Part shown: in pieces, positions 16,764 through 28,543 of the stretch
Position numbering within the stretch: position 1 is the stretch's first letter
Layout: the number at the start of each line of letters is the position of its first letter
Origin: Clostridia bacterium
GTDB taxonomy: Bacteria > Bacillota > Clostridia > Oscillospirales > CAG-272
Length of the DNA: 64,000 nt
Assembly (NCBI GenBank): GCA_017502875.1
Contig: JAFVUF010000012.1
Span: 168,952-232,951 of the forward strand
Direction: 5' to 3'
The notes under the pieces: model-generated
Databases searched by the model: none
The model's input: the letters and a program-made list of their open reading frames with translations, nothing else
What the model was told of the DNA's origin: nothing
Made by a program: the position numbers and the translations under genes

Positions 16764-18101
16764 TTATTTCCCAATTTGAGCTATTTCGCAAACGAGGTCA
16801 TAGTCAATGGCGTCTGTAATAACGACGTCAACCATATCCCCCGGTGCGAAGGCGTTTTTCGGAGCGCCGACGAGATAAAGCTTCCCGTCGATTTCGGGCG
16901 CCTCCTTTTCGGTGCGGCAGAAATAGCTGTCGGAAACGGGGTCGTAGCCCTCGACCATAGCAATCTCTCGTTTACCAACACGCGCGGAATTTATCCTCTC
17001 GGCAATTTTGTTCTGCTGCTTCATTACGGCGTCGTAACGGCGCTTTTTCTTCTGCTCCGGCAGATGACCGTCAAGCTTTTCGGCAGGCGTACCCTCCTCT
17101 TTTGAGTAGGTAAACGCCCCGAGGCGCTCAAACTTAGTATCGGCAAGATAATTTATCAGCTCCTCAAACTGCTCGCCCGTCTCACCGGGAAAGCCGACGA
17201 TGACCGTGGTGCGAATGATGATACCGGGACAAGCCTTTCTAAGTCTTGCAACGGCGTCCTCGATAACCGCGCGTCCGCCGTGTCGGTTCATTCTTTTCAG
17301 AACCCCGTCGCTGATGTGCTGAATAGGCATATCTATGTATTTAACAAGCCTGTCGTTGCTTCTGAACTGCTCGCAAAGCCCGTCGGTTATCTTGTCAGGG
17401 TAGCAGTAAAGCACCCTTATCCACGGAATATTCGTTTCGTCGGTTATGCGCTGAATAAGCATATCAAGCTTAAAATCTCCGTAAATATCTAACCCGTAAC
17501 GCGTGGTGTCCTGCGCCACAAGTATAAGCTCGCGTACGCCGAGCGCCTCCATATCCTTTGCCTCGGCAATAAGCTCCTCGATAGGTCTTGAACGGAACGC
17601 GCCGCGAATATCGGGGATAGCGCAGTAGGTGCAGCGGTTGTCGCAGCCCTCGGCTATCTTCATATATGCGTAATGCTCAGGCGTGGTTACTATACGGTCT
17701 CCGCCAAGCGCCGCCTCCTCAGGCTTTTTCAGCACCGAAAAGCGCTCGCCCTTCACAACTCTTTGAACAACACTTACAACGTCGTGAATAGCGCCGACTG
17801 ACATTATGGCGTCAACCTCGGGGAACTGTGCGAGTATCTCGTCGCCGTATCTCTGCACGAGGCAGCCGCAAACAACAAGCTTTTTAAGCCTTGCGTTCTC
17901 TTTAAGCCACGCAAGGTCGAGAATGTTGTCAATCGCCTCCGTTTTGGCGTCCTTTATGAAGCCGCAGGTATTCAGAATGATTACGTCAGCCTCGGTCTCC
18001 TCGGCGCATATCTCGTAACCCGCGGCGTTTAATTCACTTAACATTACCTCAGTGTCAAGCTGATTTTTAGGACACCCAAGGCTTACAAATCCTACTTTCA
18101 T
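16764..18101 (-). CDS. rimO: Ribosomal protein S12 methylthiotransferase RimO
   Basis: N-terminal VSLGCPKNQLDTE, radical-SAM CDNRCTYC, C-terminal TRAM domain; start trimmed to MKVGFV (RBS GGAGATG). Confidence 0.8.
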   Translation of the reverse strand: MKVGFVSLGCPKNQLDTEVMLSELNAAGYEICAEETEADVIILNTCGFIKDAKTEAIDNILDLAWLKENARLKKLVVCGCLVQRYGDEILAQFPEVDAIMSVGAIHDVVSVVQRVVKGERFSVLKKPEEAALGGDRIVTTPEHYAYMKIAEGCDNRCTYCAIPDIRGAFRSRPIEELIAEAKDMEALGVRELILVAQDTTRYGLDIYGDFKLDMLIQRITDETNIPWIRVLYCYPDKITDGLCEQFRSNDRLVKYIDMPIQHISDGVLKRMNRHGGRAVIEDAVARLRKACPGIIIRTTVIVGFPGETGEQFEELINYLADTKFERLGAFTYSKEEGTPAEKLDGHLPEQKKKRRYDAVMKQQNKIAERINSARVGKREIAMVEGYDPVSDSYFCRTEKEAPEIDGKLYLVGAPKNAFAPGDMVDVVITDAIDYDLVCEIAQIGK

Positions 18102-18126
18102 AGATACATCTCCAAAAAGAGTTTTC

Positions 18127-18290
18127 ATTCTTTCTTAAAAGAAAGAATCAAAGAACTTCTCTTACAAGCGAGGACGCTTTGTAAGAGCAAATCTTCGGCT
18201 TTTAAGCTTTTTCGTCCTCGCTTGTAAGAGAAAGCACTTGATTTTCTCTCACAAAACTATGAGAACACTTCAAAAGAACTAACCCAAAAA
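18127..18290 (+). repeat. Family-B-like repeat B7 (variant head), head next to the rimO start
   Basis: ATTCTTTCTTAAAAGAAAGAATCAAAGAACTTCT plus long hairpin CTTACAAGCGAGGACG../..CGTCCTCGCTTGTAAGAG; second small hairpin follows. Confidence 0.7.
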
Positions 18291-18296
18291 CCGAAT

Positions 18297-18899
18297 TTAG
18301 TCTATCTCACCTATCGCATAGGTTATTTCGCTCGCGGAAAAGCCCGCGTTTGAAAGCGAACGCATTATCTGCTCCTTGGTCTTGCCAAGCGCTCTCATTT
18401 TTTCAGCGGCGCGCGCGCAATTCTCCCTAAAATCTATCTCGCTTAAATCAAGAGCCTCGACGGTTTCCCTTGAAATGCCCTTTGAGGCGAGATAGGCGAA
18501 AATTTTGCGTCTGCCGTTAAGCTTAGCGGCAAGCTTTTCGGCGGCGTTTTGAGCCAGACGGATATCGTTTATATACCCAAAGCCCTTGAGATAATCAACG
18601 GCGTCGTCCGTTTCATCGCGCCCGTAACCGCGAATTCTCATTTTTTCACGAAGTCCGCGCTCGGTATATGCGCTTCTTGCGACAAGCGACATAGCGTATT
18701 CTCTTGGTGGGCGCCGACCAGCAGCGGCAGAAGCTCCCGGTCGACGTATAGAGTCGCCATCGTCCTCTACGTCCCGTTCAATCGCACCCGGCAGGGACCG
18801 CCCTGCAGCGGTAAAGGCTCCCGCCCGGTGCACAGTTCCATCTGTTAAACGCTCAGCCCTTTTTCTGTTTTCATCAGGCTCACCAAGTTTTTTTCGCAT
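18297..18899 (-). CDS. recX: Recombination regulator RecX
   Basis: 200 aa; downstream of recA; RecX three-helix repeats (YTERGLREKM.., DDAVDYLKGFGYINDIRLA.., RRKIFAYLASKGIS..); N-terminal part holds an atypical GC-rich segment. Confidence 0.75.
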   Translation of the reverse strand: MRKKLGEPDENRKRAERLTDGTVHRAGAFTAAGRSLPGAIERDVEDDGDSIRRPGASAAAGRRPPREYAMSLVARSAYTERGLREKMRIRGYGRDETDDAVDYLKGFGYINDIRLAQNAAEKLAAKLNGRRKIFAYLASKGISRETVEALDLSEIDFRENCARAAEKMRALGKTKEQIMRSLSNAGFSASEITYAIGEID

Positions 18900-18925
18900 G
18901 TATTACCCCTAAGATTTTAAACATA

Positions 18926-19477
18926 TGTCGTGCCGACAGCACGATGACTTTTTCTTTTGGAAGAAGCAGAGCCATTTAACCTCGAATTCGCTCTGCGACA
19001 AACAGTAAGCCGCAGCTTTGCTTCGCATAGACGCAAATTCTGGCAGATGACTGAGATTAAGTGTAAATTCAAGTAACAAAAAGAAAGGCTCGGTAAAAGC
19101 ATGTCGTCCGTTACGACGGACGACAAGACCTACGCGGTCTTGACTGCGCAAGCTTTTTGAAAAAAGCTTGGCAAAAACTTCTAAATACTATGAACTTCTG
19201 TTTAAGTCTTAGCGTAGCGTAGCGAACCTCGACTTAGCGGCGCTTGAAATGCTCGACGTTCTCAAAAGCACGCGCCGCCATTTGCCCCCGGGCGCGCGCC
19301 CGGTGAAAAAGGTGGGCGAAAACTTTTTTAACACTGTGAACTTCTGTTTAAGCCTTAGCATAGCGTATCGAACCCCGACTTAGCGACCTTCGACGTGAAA
19401 CGCCCAGATTAAACGGTCGCCTTTTTGCCTCCAGGCGCTCGCCTGGCGCCGCAGTTTCGCCGCAGGTCGTTACCTGC
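18926..19477 (+). repeat. Family-A composite A5 (about two elements; first hairpin arm replaced by a 97-nt segment)
   Basis: All A modules in order, ending GCCGCAGGTCGTTACCTGC at 19459-19477, directly abutting the recA stop (19478). Confidence 0.9.
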
Positions 19478-20596
19478 TTAGTCGTCGAGCTTTACGTCAA
19501 AGAGGTCGTCGTCATCGTCGTCAAGGGCGTCCGCCTTGTCGCTTTCGGTCATCTCCATAGCTTCAAGATTACCGCTTGCTCTGACCTTTTTCTCAACCTC
19601 GGCAAACAGCTCTCTGTCGCTTTCAAGCACCGCGCGGATATTATCCTTACCCTGTCCGAGACGTTTTCCGTCAAAGCTGAACCACGAGCCGCTTTTTTCA
19701 ATTATATCAAGCTCGATAGCAAGGTCAAGCAGCTCGCCCGACTTTGAAATTCCCTTTCCAAACAGGATATCGAACTCCGCGGTCTTGAACGGGGGCGCAA
19801 CCTTGTTCTTAACGACCTTGCACTTAACTCTGTTTCCGTAGGTTTCGGCGCCGTTTTTAAGCGCCTCTCCCTTTCTGACCTCGATACGAACCGAGGCGTA
19901 GAATTTAAGCGCGCGTCCACCCGTCGTTACCTCGGGGTTTCCGTACATAACGCCAACCTTTTCACGAAGCTGGTTAATGAAGATACAAACGCAGTTTGCC
20001 TTAGCGACAGCGCCCGAAAGCTTTCTCATCGCCTGGCTCATAAGCCTTGCGTGAGCGCCGACGTTTGACTGACCCATATCGCCGTCAATCTCCTGCTGGG
20101 GAACGAGCGCGGCAACGGAGTCGATAATTATGGCGTCGATAGCGCCCGAGCGAACCAGCGCCTCGGTAATTTCAAGCGCCTGCTCGCCGCTGTCGGGCTG
20201 AGATATAAGAAGCTCGTTGATATCAACGCCGAGCGCCTTTGCGTAAACAGGGTCAAGAGCGTGCTCCGCGTCGATAAAAGCGGCGGTTCCGCCCGTTTTC
20301 TGAACCTCCGCGGCGACGTGAAGCGCAACGGTGGTCTTACCTGACGACTCAGGTCCGTAAATTTCAATTATTCTACCTCTCGGCATACCGCCTATACCGA
20401 GGGCGGCGTCAAGCATAATAGAGCCTGTCGATACGGCGCTGACCTGCATTTTGGCATTTTCGCCAAGACGCATAATAGTACCCTGGCCGTAAGCCTTGGT
20501 TATATGAGCGATAGCTGTATCGAGAGCCTTCTTTTTATCAAGGGCGGGGTTGCCTGTGCTTTCCGCTTCCTTTACTTCCTTTTTAGCCTTTGCCAT
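19478..20596 (-). CDS. recA: Recombinase RecA
   Basis: Walker [10 protein letters not shown], highly conserved RecA core; start placed at MAKAKK (ATG 20596, RBS AAGGAA); alternative ATG at 20614. Confidence 0.95.
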   Translation of the reverse strand: MAKAKKEVKEAESTGNPALDKKKALDTAIAHITKAYGQGTIMRLGENAKMQVSAVSTGSIMLDAALGIGGMPRGRIIEIYGPESSGKTTVALHVAAEVQKTGGTAAFIDAEHALDPVYAKALGVDINELLISQPDSGEQALEITEALVRSGAIDAIIIDSVAALVPQQEIDGDMGQSNVGAHARLMSQAMRKLSGAVAKANCVCIFINQLREKVGVMYGNPEVTTGGRALKFYASVRIEVRKGEALKNGAETYGNRVKCKVVKNKVAPPFKTAEFDILFGKGISKSGELLDLAIELDIIEKSGSWFSFDGKRLGQGKDNIRAVLESDRELFAEVEKKVRASGNLEAMEMTESDKADALDDDDDDLFDVKLDD

Positions 20597-20642
20597 AGTT
20601 TTAGTTCCTTTCATTTCAAAAATTTAGGAGTTATCTTTTACA

Positions 20643-20760
20643 AAAGTTTTCGTCCACCTTTTTCAAAAGGTGGCGCGGTCAAGGCTGCGAAAGCCTTGTC
20701 GTCCGTCATAGCGGACGAAACCTTCCCTGCGGCGATTTTTTTTGCGAGCTTTTGCGTAGG
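20643..20760 (-). repeat. Family-A partial repeat A10
   Basis: AAAGTTTTCGTCCACCTTTTTCAAAAGGTGGCG; GTCAAGGCTGCGAAAGCCTTGTC; GTCCGTCATAGCGGACGAAA. Confidence 0.75.
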
Positions 20761-20761
20761 C

Positions 20762-21337
20762 TTACGCTAAATTATCAAAGCGCCAGCCGTTTTCTGTCAT
20801 TATCATCGTGGTTTTCTTGTCGGACGCCTGCTTTACCCCGTTTAGGTAACGGGGAGCGCCTATTTCGACTGTTCCCGACGAGGAACGGATAACGTACGCT
20901 GCGTCAAGGTCGTTCCTTGCGCCCGTTATGCTCTCAAAGGCGTCGTACGTAACGTCCGTCATAAGAGCTCCGTCCTGCACCTTGTACCTCGGATAAACAG
21001 TCGCGTACTTGTCCTCAATACCGTCAAACAGAACCGCTTTAAGCACGTCGTTATAGTAATCCTCGGTGTAAACGTCAAGCACCGCCTTCTCGATATCTTC
21101 AAGGCTTTTGTACGGACAGTCCTCTGAAACCGCTACGTAGTGAGGAGCCGTAAGCTCGCTTACATCTCCCCCGTAGCCGTGCATAAGTCCGTTTCCGTAA
21201 ACTATTCCGTTTACCGCCTGCGCCTTTTCATAAAGCGCCTTGTATTCGGCAAGCGCCTCGCTGTCGCTTATCTTACCGCAGGACACCGCCGTAAGCGCTG
21301 TTATAACGGCTAACACTAATATCAGGAATTTTTTCAT
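20762..21337 (-). CDS. Hypothetical lipoprotein
   Basis: Start trimmed to MKKFLILVLAVITALTAVSC (lipobox); no family recognised. Confidence 0.55.
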   Translation of the reverse strand: MKKFLILVLAVITALTAVSCGKISDSEALAEYKALYEKAQAVNGIVYGNGLMHGYGGDVSELTAPHYVAVSEDCPYKSLEDIEKAVLDVYTEDYYNDVLKAVLFDGIEDKYATVYPRYKVQDGALMTDVTYDAFESITGARNDLDAAYVIRSSSGTVEIGAPRYLNGVKQASDKKTTMIMTENGWRFDNLA

Positions 21338-21341
21338 TTGC

Positions 21342-23882
21342 TTATTCCTTAGTTTCGTCATTTGAGGGTGCGATTGAAGCTTCGTTTTCCTCACTTAGCG
21401 GCTGCTCGTCAGAGGTGTCATCGCCGCGACCGACGTTGGCAACCGCGCTGACCTTACCCTCTCCCGTCCTCATAACGATAACTCCGCTTGCGGTTCTGCT
21501 GTACTCGGATATATCGCGAACGTGGGTGCGTATGGTAATTCCGTTGTCGGAAATGATAACTATATCGTCCTCGTCCTCAACCGCCGTTATCGCCGCAAGC
21601 TTACCGGTCTTGTCGCTGAGTCCGTGAACTCTTACGCCCTTACCGCCTCTGTTAGTCGTTCTGAAATCGTCAAAGCCGCTTCTCTTTCCAAAGCCGTTCT
21701 CGGTCATCGTGAGAAGCTTCTTCGTTTCGTCAACCAGCACGCAGCCGACTACGTAGTCGCCCTCGCCAAGTCTTATACCGCGGACTCCGCGAGCGCCTCT
21801 GCCCATTACTCTGGCGTTGTTCTCGTCAAAGCGGACGGCGTTACCGTCGTGGCTCGCTATTACGATAGCGTCCTGACCTGAGGTGTGGCGAACGTAAACC
21901 AGCTCGTCGTCCTCGTCAAGATTAATCGCCTTCTTACCCTTCTTGCGCTGGAACGCGAACTCGGAAAGCGCCGTTCTCTTGACGGTTCCCTTCTTTGTAA
22001 CCATAAGCAGATACTCGTCGTCATTGTACGACTCGTCGCTTACAGATATCATCGAGGTTATCTTCTCGCCCTTTTCAATCTCAATTACATTTACGGCGTT
22101 GATTCCCTTAGCGATTCTGCTCGCCTCAGGCACCTTGTACGCTCTTATCGTGAATACCTTGCCAAGACTTGTGAACATCATAAGGTCGGAGTGCGTATCG
22201 CACGCGATAACCGTCTCAACGAAGTCCTCTTCCTTGGTCGTAATTCCCTTTACGCCCTTGCCGCCTCTTGCCTGAGCGTTATACGCCTCGGCAGACATAC
22301 GCTTTAAGTAGCCGCTGTGCGTCATCGTGATAACGCAGGTGTGGCGGTCGATAAGGTCCTCGTCGTCAAGGTCGGCGTCGAAGCTTATCTCCGTTCTTCT
22401 CGGGTCGGCAAACTTGTTCTTTATCTCGGTTATCTCGTCCTTTATTATCTGCTTTATCTTGTCCATGCTCGAAAGCTTGTCCGTTATGTCAAAGATTACC
22501 GCTTCAAGACGAGCAAGTCTTTCCTCTATCTTTGCCCTTTCAAGTCCCGTCAGCTTTCCAAGCGTCATCTCGACTATCGCCTGAGCCTGCGGCTCTGTAA
22601 GTCCGTAAATATCGCAGAGCTTTGCCTTTGCGTCGGGAATGCTGTCGGCGCCCTTGATAAGCGCGATAATGTCGTCTATATTATCGGAAGCTATTTTCAG
22701 TCCCTCTAAAATGTGCGCTTCCTTTTTCGCCTTTTCAAGCTCATATTTAAGACGGCGGACCGTAATGTTCTCCTGATGCTCAATATAGTGATTAAGCATA
22801 GCCTTGAGTCCGAGAACTCTCGGCACGTTGTCCACCAGCGCCAGCATATTAGCGGCGAAGGTGTCTTCAAGACGGGTGTACTTGTAAAGCTGGTTTAAAA
22901 GCACATGTCCGTTTACGTCGCGGCGGTACTCGATAACGATACGCAGACCGTCCTTGCCCGACTCATCGCGGACGTCGGTTATTCCGTCTACCTTCTTGTC
23001 CTTTTTGTCCTTCTTGTCCTTGCTCTCGTTTGCGCAGTTACATATTCCCTCGACAAGCGAGACCTTGTTCACCTGATAAGGTATTTCTGTAACGATTATG
23101 CGGTGGTTCTCCTCGTCAACCGTTGCTCTGGCTCTTACCTTGATGTGCCCCTTACCCGTCTCGTAGGCGTTACGTACTCCGGAAAGTCCGCAGATTATAG
23201 CGCCCGTCGGGAAGTCGGGAGCCTTGATGAACTGCATAAGGTCGTCGGTTGTAGCGTCGGGGTTGTCCATTAAATAGATAACTCCGTCTATTATCTCGCC
23301 TAAGTTGTGGGTTGGAATATTCGTCGCCATACCGACAGCGATTCCTATTGAGCCGTTAACCAGCAGGTTCGGGAAACGCGCGGGAAGAACAACAGGCTCT
23401 TTGAGCTTGTTGTCGAAGTTCGGGGTGAAGTCTACGACGTCCTTTTCGATGTCCGTAAGCATATGGTCGGCAAGCTTGCTCATTCTCGCCTCGGTGTAAC
23501 GGTAAGCGGCAGCGCTGTCTCCGTCAATGTTACCGAAGTTTCCGTGTCCGTCAACAAGCGGATAGCGGAGCGAGAAATCCTGCGCCATTCTTACCATCGT
23601 GTCGTAAACCGCCGTGTCTCCGTGAGGGTGATAGCGGCCAAGCACGTTACCTACCGTGGTCGCTGACTTGCGGAACGGCTTGTCGTACGTAAGGTGGTCC
23701 TCGTACATAGCGTAAAGTATGCGGCGGTGTACGGGCTTGAAGCCGTCGCGTACGTCAGGCAGAGCTCTGGACATTATTACACTCATCGCGTAGTTGATGA
23801 AGGATGTCTTTACCTCCTGTCCCATGTTTACCGGTACTATCTTTTGTTCCTTAAATTCGATATCGTCCTGTTTCTTTTCCAT
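21342..23882 (-). CDS. gyrA: DNA gyrase subunit A
   Basis: 846 aa; active-site region [14 protein letters not shown]-like [11 protein letters not shown]-terminal beta-pinwheel repeats. Confidence 0.97.
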   Translation of the reverse strand: MEKKQDDIEFKEQKIVPVNMGQEVKTSFINYAMSVIMSRALPDVRDGFKPVHRRILYAMYEDHLTYDKPFRKSATTVGNVLGRYHPHGDTAVYDTMVRMAQDFSLRYPLVDGHGNFGNIDGDSAAAYRYTEARMSKLADHMLTDIEKDVVDFTPNFDNKLKEPVVLPARFPNLLVNGSIGIAVGMATNIPTHNLGEIIDGVIYLMDNPDATTDDLMQFIKAPDFPTGAIICGLSGVRNAYETGKGHIKVRARATVDEENHRIIVTEIPYQVNKVSLVEGICNCANESKDKKDKKDKKVDGITDVRDESGKDGLRIVIEYRRDVNGHVLLNQLYKYTRLEDTFAANMLALVDNVPRVLGLKAMLNHYIEHQENITVRRLKYELEKAKKEAHILEGLKIASDNIDDIIALIKGADSIPDAKAKLCDIYGLTEPQAQAIVEMTLGKLTGLERAKIEERLARLEAVIFDITDKLSSMDKIKQIIKDEITEIKNKFADPRRTEISFDADLDDEDLIDRHTCVITMTHSGYLKRMSAEAYNAQARGGKGVKGITTKEEDFVETVIACDTHSDLMMFTSLGKVFTIRAYKVPEASRIAKGINAVNVIEIEKGEKITSMISVSDESYNDDEYLLMVTKKGTVKRTALSEFAFQRKKGKKAINLDEDDELVYVRHTSGQDAIVIASHDGNAVRFDENNARVMGRGARGVRGIRLGEGDYVVGCVLVDETKKLLTMTENGFGKRSGFDDFRTTNRGGKGVRVHGLSDKTGKLAAITAVEDEDDIVIISDNGITIRTHVRDISEYSRTASGVIVMRTGEGKVSAVANVGRGDDTSDEQPLSEENEASIAPSNDETKE

Positions 23883-23922
23883 CTTGATATCCTTTCGTTA
23901 TGAGAGTAAGCGCCACACGCAA

Positions 23923-24004
23923 GGGAATACGCGCTTTTCGAGAAAAGCTGCGCAAAAGCTTTTCTACGACGAAGCCACCCCAAAAGGAGTACCTTCGTCG
24001 TAAA
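23923..24004 (+). repeat. Family-B repeat B8, head-first; head ~41 nt from the gyrA start
   Basis: GGGAATACGCGCTTTTCGAGAAAAGCTGCGCAAAAGCTTTTCTAC plus hairpin GACGAAGCC../..CCTTCGTCG. Confidence 0.9.
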
Positions 24005-24120
24005 TCAGGCATTGTGAGCTCTGCCCAAAAAACGAACCCCTCTGCGTAAAGTGCGTATTTCGCTGAAATAATATTTTGTTCTTTTTGATGTGTAATTTTT
24101 TTGTGTATGTATAAGAAATA

Positions 24121-24399
24121 TGTGGAAAAATGTTGAAAAATGGGGGTAAAAATTTTTGTCCACACGAAATCAACAGAAAAACGGAAGTTTTCCACAGTTT
24201 TGGAGAGTTTTCCACATAGGTTTTCCACAGTTTATGTTAAAAAGCGGTTTTTTTGAGGTGCGATATGGGGTTTTCGGGTGTTGAAAACTCAATTTTTGAG
24301 GTTTTCCCTAAGCAACAATTTATTGTGAATAGCAATTTTCAAGAAGTTTTCCACAATCTTTTTCATACCCTGTGGAAAACTTTTTCATCTCTTTCCACA
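24121..24399. promoter_or_regulatory. DnaA-box cluster (8 box-like 9-mers) with adjacent AT-rich tract
   Basis: TTTTCCACA at 24188, 24208, 24221, 24347; TGTGGAAAA at 24121, 24371; TTGTCCACA at 24156; CTTTCCACA at 24391; AT-rich 24061-24120. Confidence 0.75.
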
Positions 24400-24535
24400 T
24401 TATTTATAACTCTCCGCTTTTTAACGGATTACCTGTTAATACTTTTTAGTCTTGATATTTTGCCGGTCGAAGTAATAGGAACAAGCGCTTCTTTTTAAGA
24501 GAATATCACATTTTGCGGAGAGCCGAACAGAAACC

Positions 24536-24666
24536 TATATATAATCGACGCATCGTGCTTTTTACGAGGCGGCGATTATACAGAAGCTTTTGCGCCGACG
24601 TTTGCAAAGCAAACTCGTAAGGAAACTTTAGTTTCTAAAGCTTCTTCTCGAAAAGCGCGTATCCCC
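24536..24666 (-). repeat. Family-B repeat B9 (extended variant), tail-first; head ~38 nt from the gyrB stop
   Basis: TATATATAATCGACGCATCG..CGAGGCGGCGATTATACAGAAGCTTTTGCGCCGACGTTTGCAAAGCAAACTCGTAAGGAAACTTTAGTTTCTAAAGCTTCTTCTCGAAAAGCGCGTATCCCC. Confidence 0.9.
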
Positions 24667-24703
24667 TTAGAAAGCCTGCGTTTACTCCTATTACCCCCAA
24701 CCG

Positions 24704-26839
<2,136 letters not shown>

Positions 26840-26930
26840 TCAGTTGGGTTTATTAAATTTTTATTGGATAGATATGATGTTGTGAGGTAGGTGAACGTTC
26901 TTTTGATTAAATCTACGAAATAATTCTTTT

Positions 26931-27037
26931 GCGCCGATAGACAAAAGCGATCATAGTTTAGCCTTGAACTAATATTAAGTCTATCGGTGTAAAAGAAGTT
27001 TTTGCGCAGCTTTTTTCAAAAAGCGCGTATTCCCCCC
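26931..27037 (-). repeat. Family-B repeat B11, tail-first; head overlaps the DUF370 stop codon
   Basis: Hairpin GCGCCGATAGAC../..GTCTATCGGTGT then AAAAGAAGTTTTTGCGCAGCTTTTTTCAAAAAGCGCGTATTCCCCCC. Confidence 0.85.
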
Positions 27038-27285
27038 TATCTAAACACATATTTAGTACGGGCGGCGAGGATTTTGACGGCGTACTGAGAAAGGTAAACC
27101 GTACCGTCCTTCATAACGATAAAGGACTTTGGAAGCTCTGTTCCCGTCATAATAACTCTGCCCTGCTTTTCCGCCGTTTTAAAATACTCCTTAGCGGTTT
27201 TAGTCTGCTGTGCCGTATCAAGATCGAAAATTCCGACTATCTCGTCAGTCCGAACTATCTTTTCCGGCGCTATCGTTATAAACAT
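27037..27285 (-). CDS. DUF370 protein (RemB/YaaB-like)
   Basis: 82 aa; conserved position between recF and gyrB as in other Firmicutes; DUF370-like sequence (IVGIFDLD..). Confidence 0.75.
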   Translation of the reverse strand: MFITIAPEKIVRTDEIVGIFDLDTAQQTKTAKEYFKTAEKQGRVIMTGTELPKSFIVMKDGTVYLSQYAVKILAARTKYVFR

Positions 27286-27371
27286 TTGTTTCTCCGAAAT
27301 TTAAGTAATGCTTTAAATGCTTTGTGCCTGCTCTGATTTCTTTTACTCTGTTTTGGTAAAAAACGAGGATT

Positions 27372-27447
27372 TCTCACACAAATAATGTCCTTTTTGGATA
27401 TTGTTTGTGTGAGAGAAGTTCTTTGTTTCTTTCTTTTAAGAAAGAAT
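27372..27447 (-). repeat. Family-B-like repeat B12 (variant head), tail-first; head ~12 nt from the recF stop
   Basis: Hairpin TCTCACACAAA../..TTTGTGTGAGA then GAAGTTCTTTGTTTCTTTCTTTTAAGAAAGAA. Confidence 0.7.
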
Positions 27448-27458
27448 AAAAAAGAAAA

Positions 27459-28514
27459 TCAAAGTAGAACCGAGCCGTTTGAAACGTTAAATATTTTACC
27501 GGTACGGATATCGTCGCAGCCGGTGATAATAACCTGCTTATCGTAAAGCCCGGTAAGAATAAACGCCTTTCTGTTCTTATCAAGCTCGCTCATAATATCG
27601 TCAAAGAGGAAAACGGGATACTCTCCGCAAATCTCATTGGAAATCTCACCCTCCGCAACCTTCATTGCAAGCGCGATACTTCTCTGCTGTCCCTGCGAGG
27701 CGTACACACGGCTATCAAGACCGTTAAGCGTAACGGAAATATCGTCCTTTTGAATACCGTAGAGCGTGGTTTTCGCCATTATTTCCTTTTCGATATTACC
27801 CGTAAGCAGACGGACGTACTCGTCCTCGCCCAGCAGCGTCTCATATGAGAGCTTAACCTTTTCCATTCCGCCCGTCATATTGTAAATGAGATGCTCGACG
27901 TGTCCGTGCAGCCTCTTAATATACCTATCGCGGTGCGCCGAAATAAACGCCGCCTCCTTTGCCATCTGCAAGGAAATAACGTGGATAAGGTCGTAAAAGC
28001 CGACGGTTTCTGGCTCTTTTAGCAGCGCGTTTCTCTGTGTAAGCAGCTTTTTGTACGTAGACAGCGCCGCCATATAAGCGGGATATATCTGCGAAATCGC
28101 TATATCGCAAAAATTTCGCCTCTCGCCCGGTCCGTCCTTAATTATAGATAGATGCTCAGGACTGAACAGTACCGCCCTGAAAACGCCGATAAAATCGCTC
28201 ATACGGGAAATTTTTATTCCCTCTTTAAAGCAAAGCTTACGTTCTCCCGAAAAAAGTCTTACCTCGTGGGTACGTTCTCTTTCCTCATCGGAAAAGCAAA
28301 TTGTAACGCTTCCCTCGTCCTGACCTATACGGACAAGCTCACGGTCGCAAGCGCCCCGAAAGCTCTTTCCGCAAGCGAAATAGTATATACCCTCAAGCAG
28401 ATTTGTCTTTCCCTGCGCGTTAAAGCCTTGAAAAACGTTAACCTCTCTGTCGGGCTTAATCTCCGCGTATTCAATATTGCGGTAATTTTTGTAGATTATT
28501 TTTGTGATGTACAT
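27459..28514 (-). CDS. recF: DNA replication/repair protein RecF
   Basis: Walker A GFNAQGKTNLLE, SMC-like signature; start trimmed to MYITKIIYKNYRN (ATG 28514). Confidence 0.9.
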   Translation of the reverse strand: MYITKIIYKNYRNIEYAEIKPDREVNVFQGFNAQGKTNLLEGIYYFACGKSFRGACDRELVRIGQDEGSVTICFSDEERERTHEVRLFSGERKLCFKEGIKISRMSDFIGVFRAVLFSPEHLSIIKDGPGERRNFCDIAISQIYPAYMAALSTYKKLLTQRNALLKEPETVGFYDLIHVISLQMAKEAAFISAHRDRYIKRLHGHVEHLIYNMTGGMEKVKLSYETLLGEDEYVRLLTGNIEKEIMAKTTLYGIQKDDISVTLNGLDSRVYASQGQQRSIALAMKVAEGEISNEICGEYPVFLFDDIMSELDKNRKAFILTGLYDKQVIITGCDDIRTGKIFNVSNGSVLL

Positions 28515-28543
28515 AATTTTATTAAAACATTTTAATTGTTGTT

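Noticed and set aside
24253-24498. An 81-aa ORF inside the gyrB-gyrA spacer.
   Set aside because: It overlaps the DnaA-box cluster. It has Phe/Leu-rich composition from AT-rich DNA, no RBS and no recognisable family.
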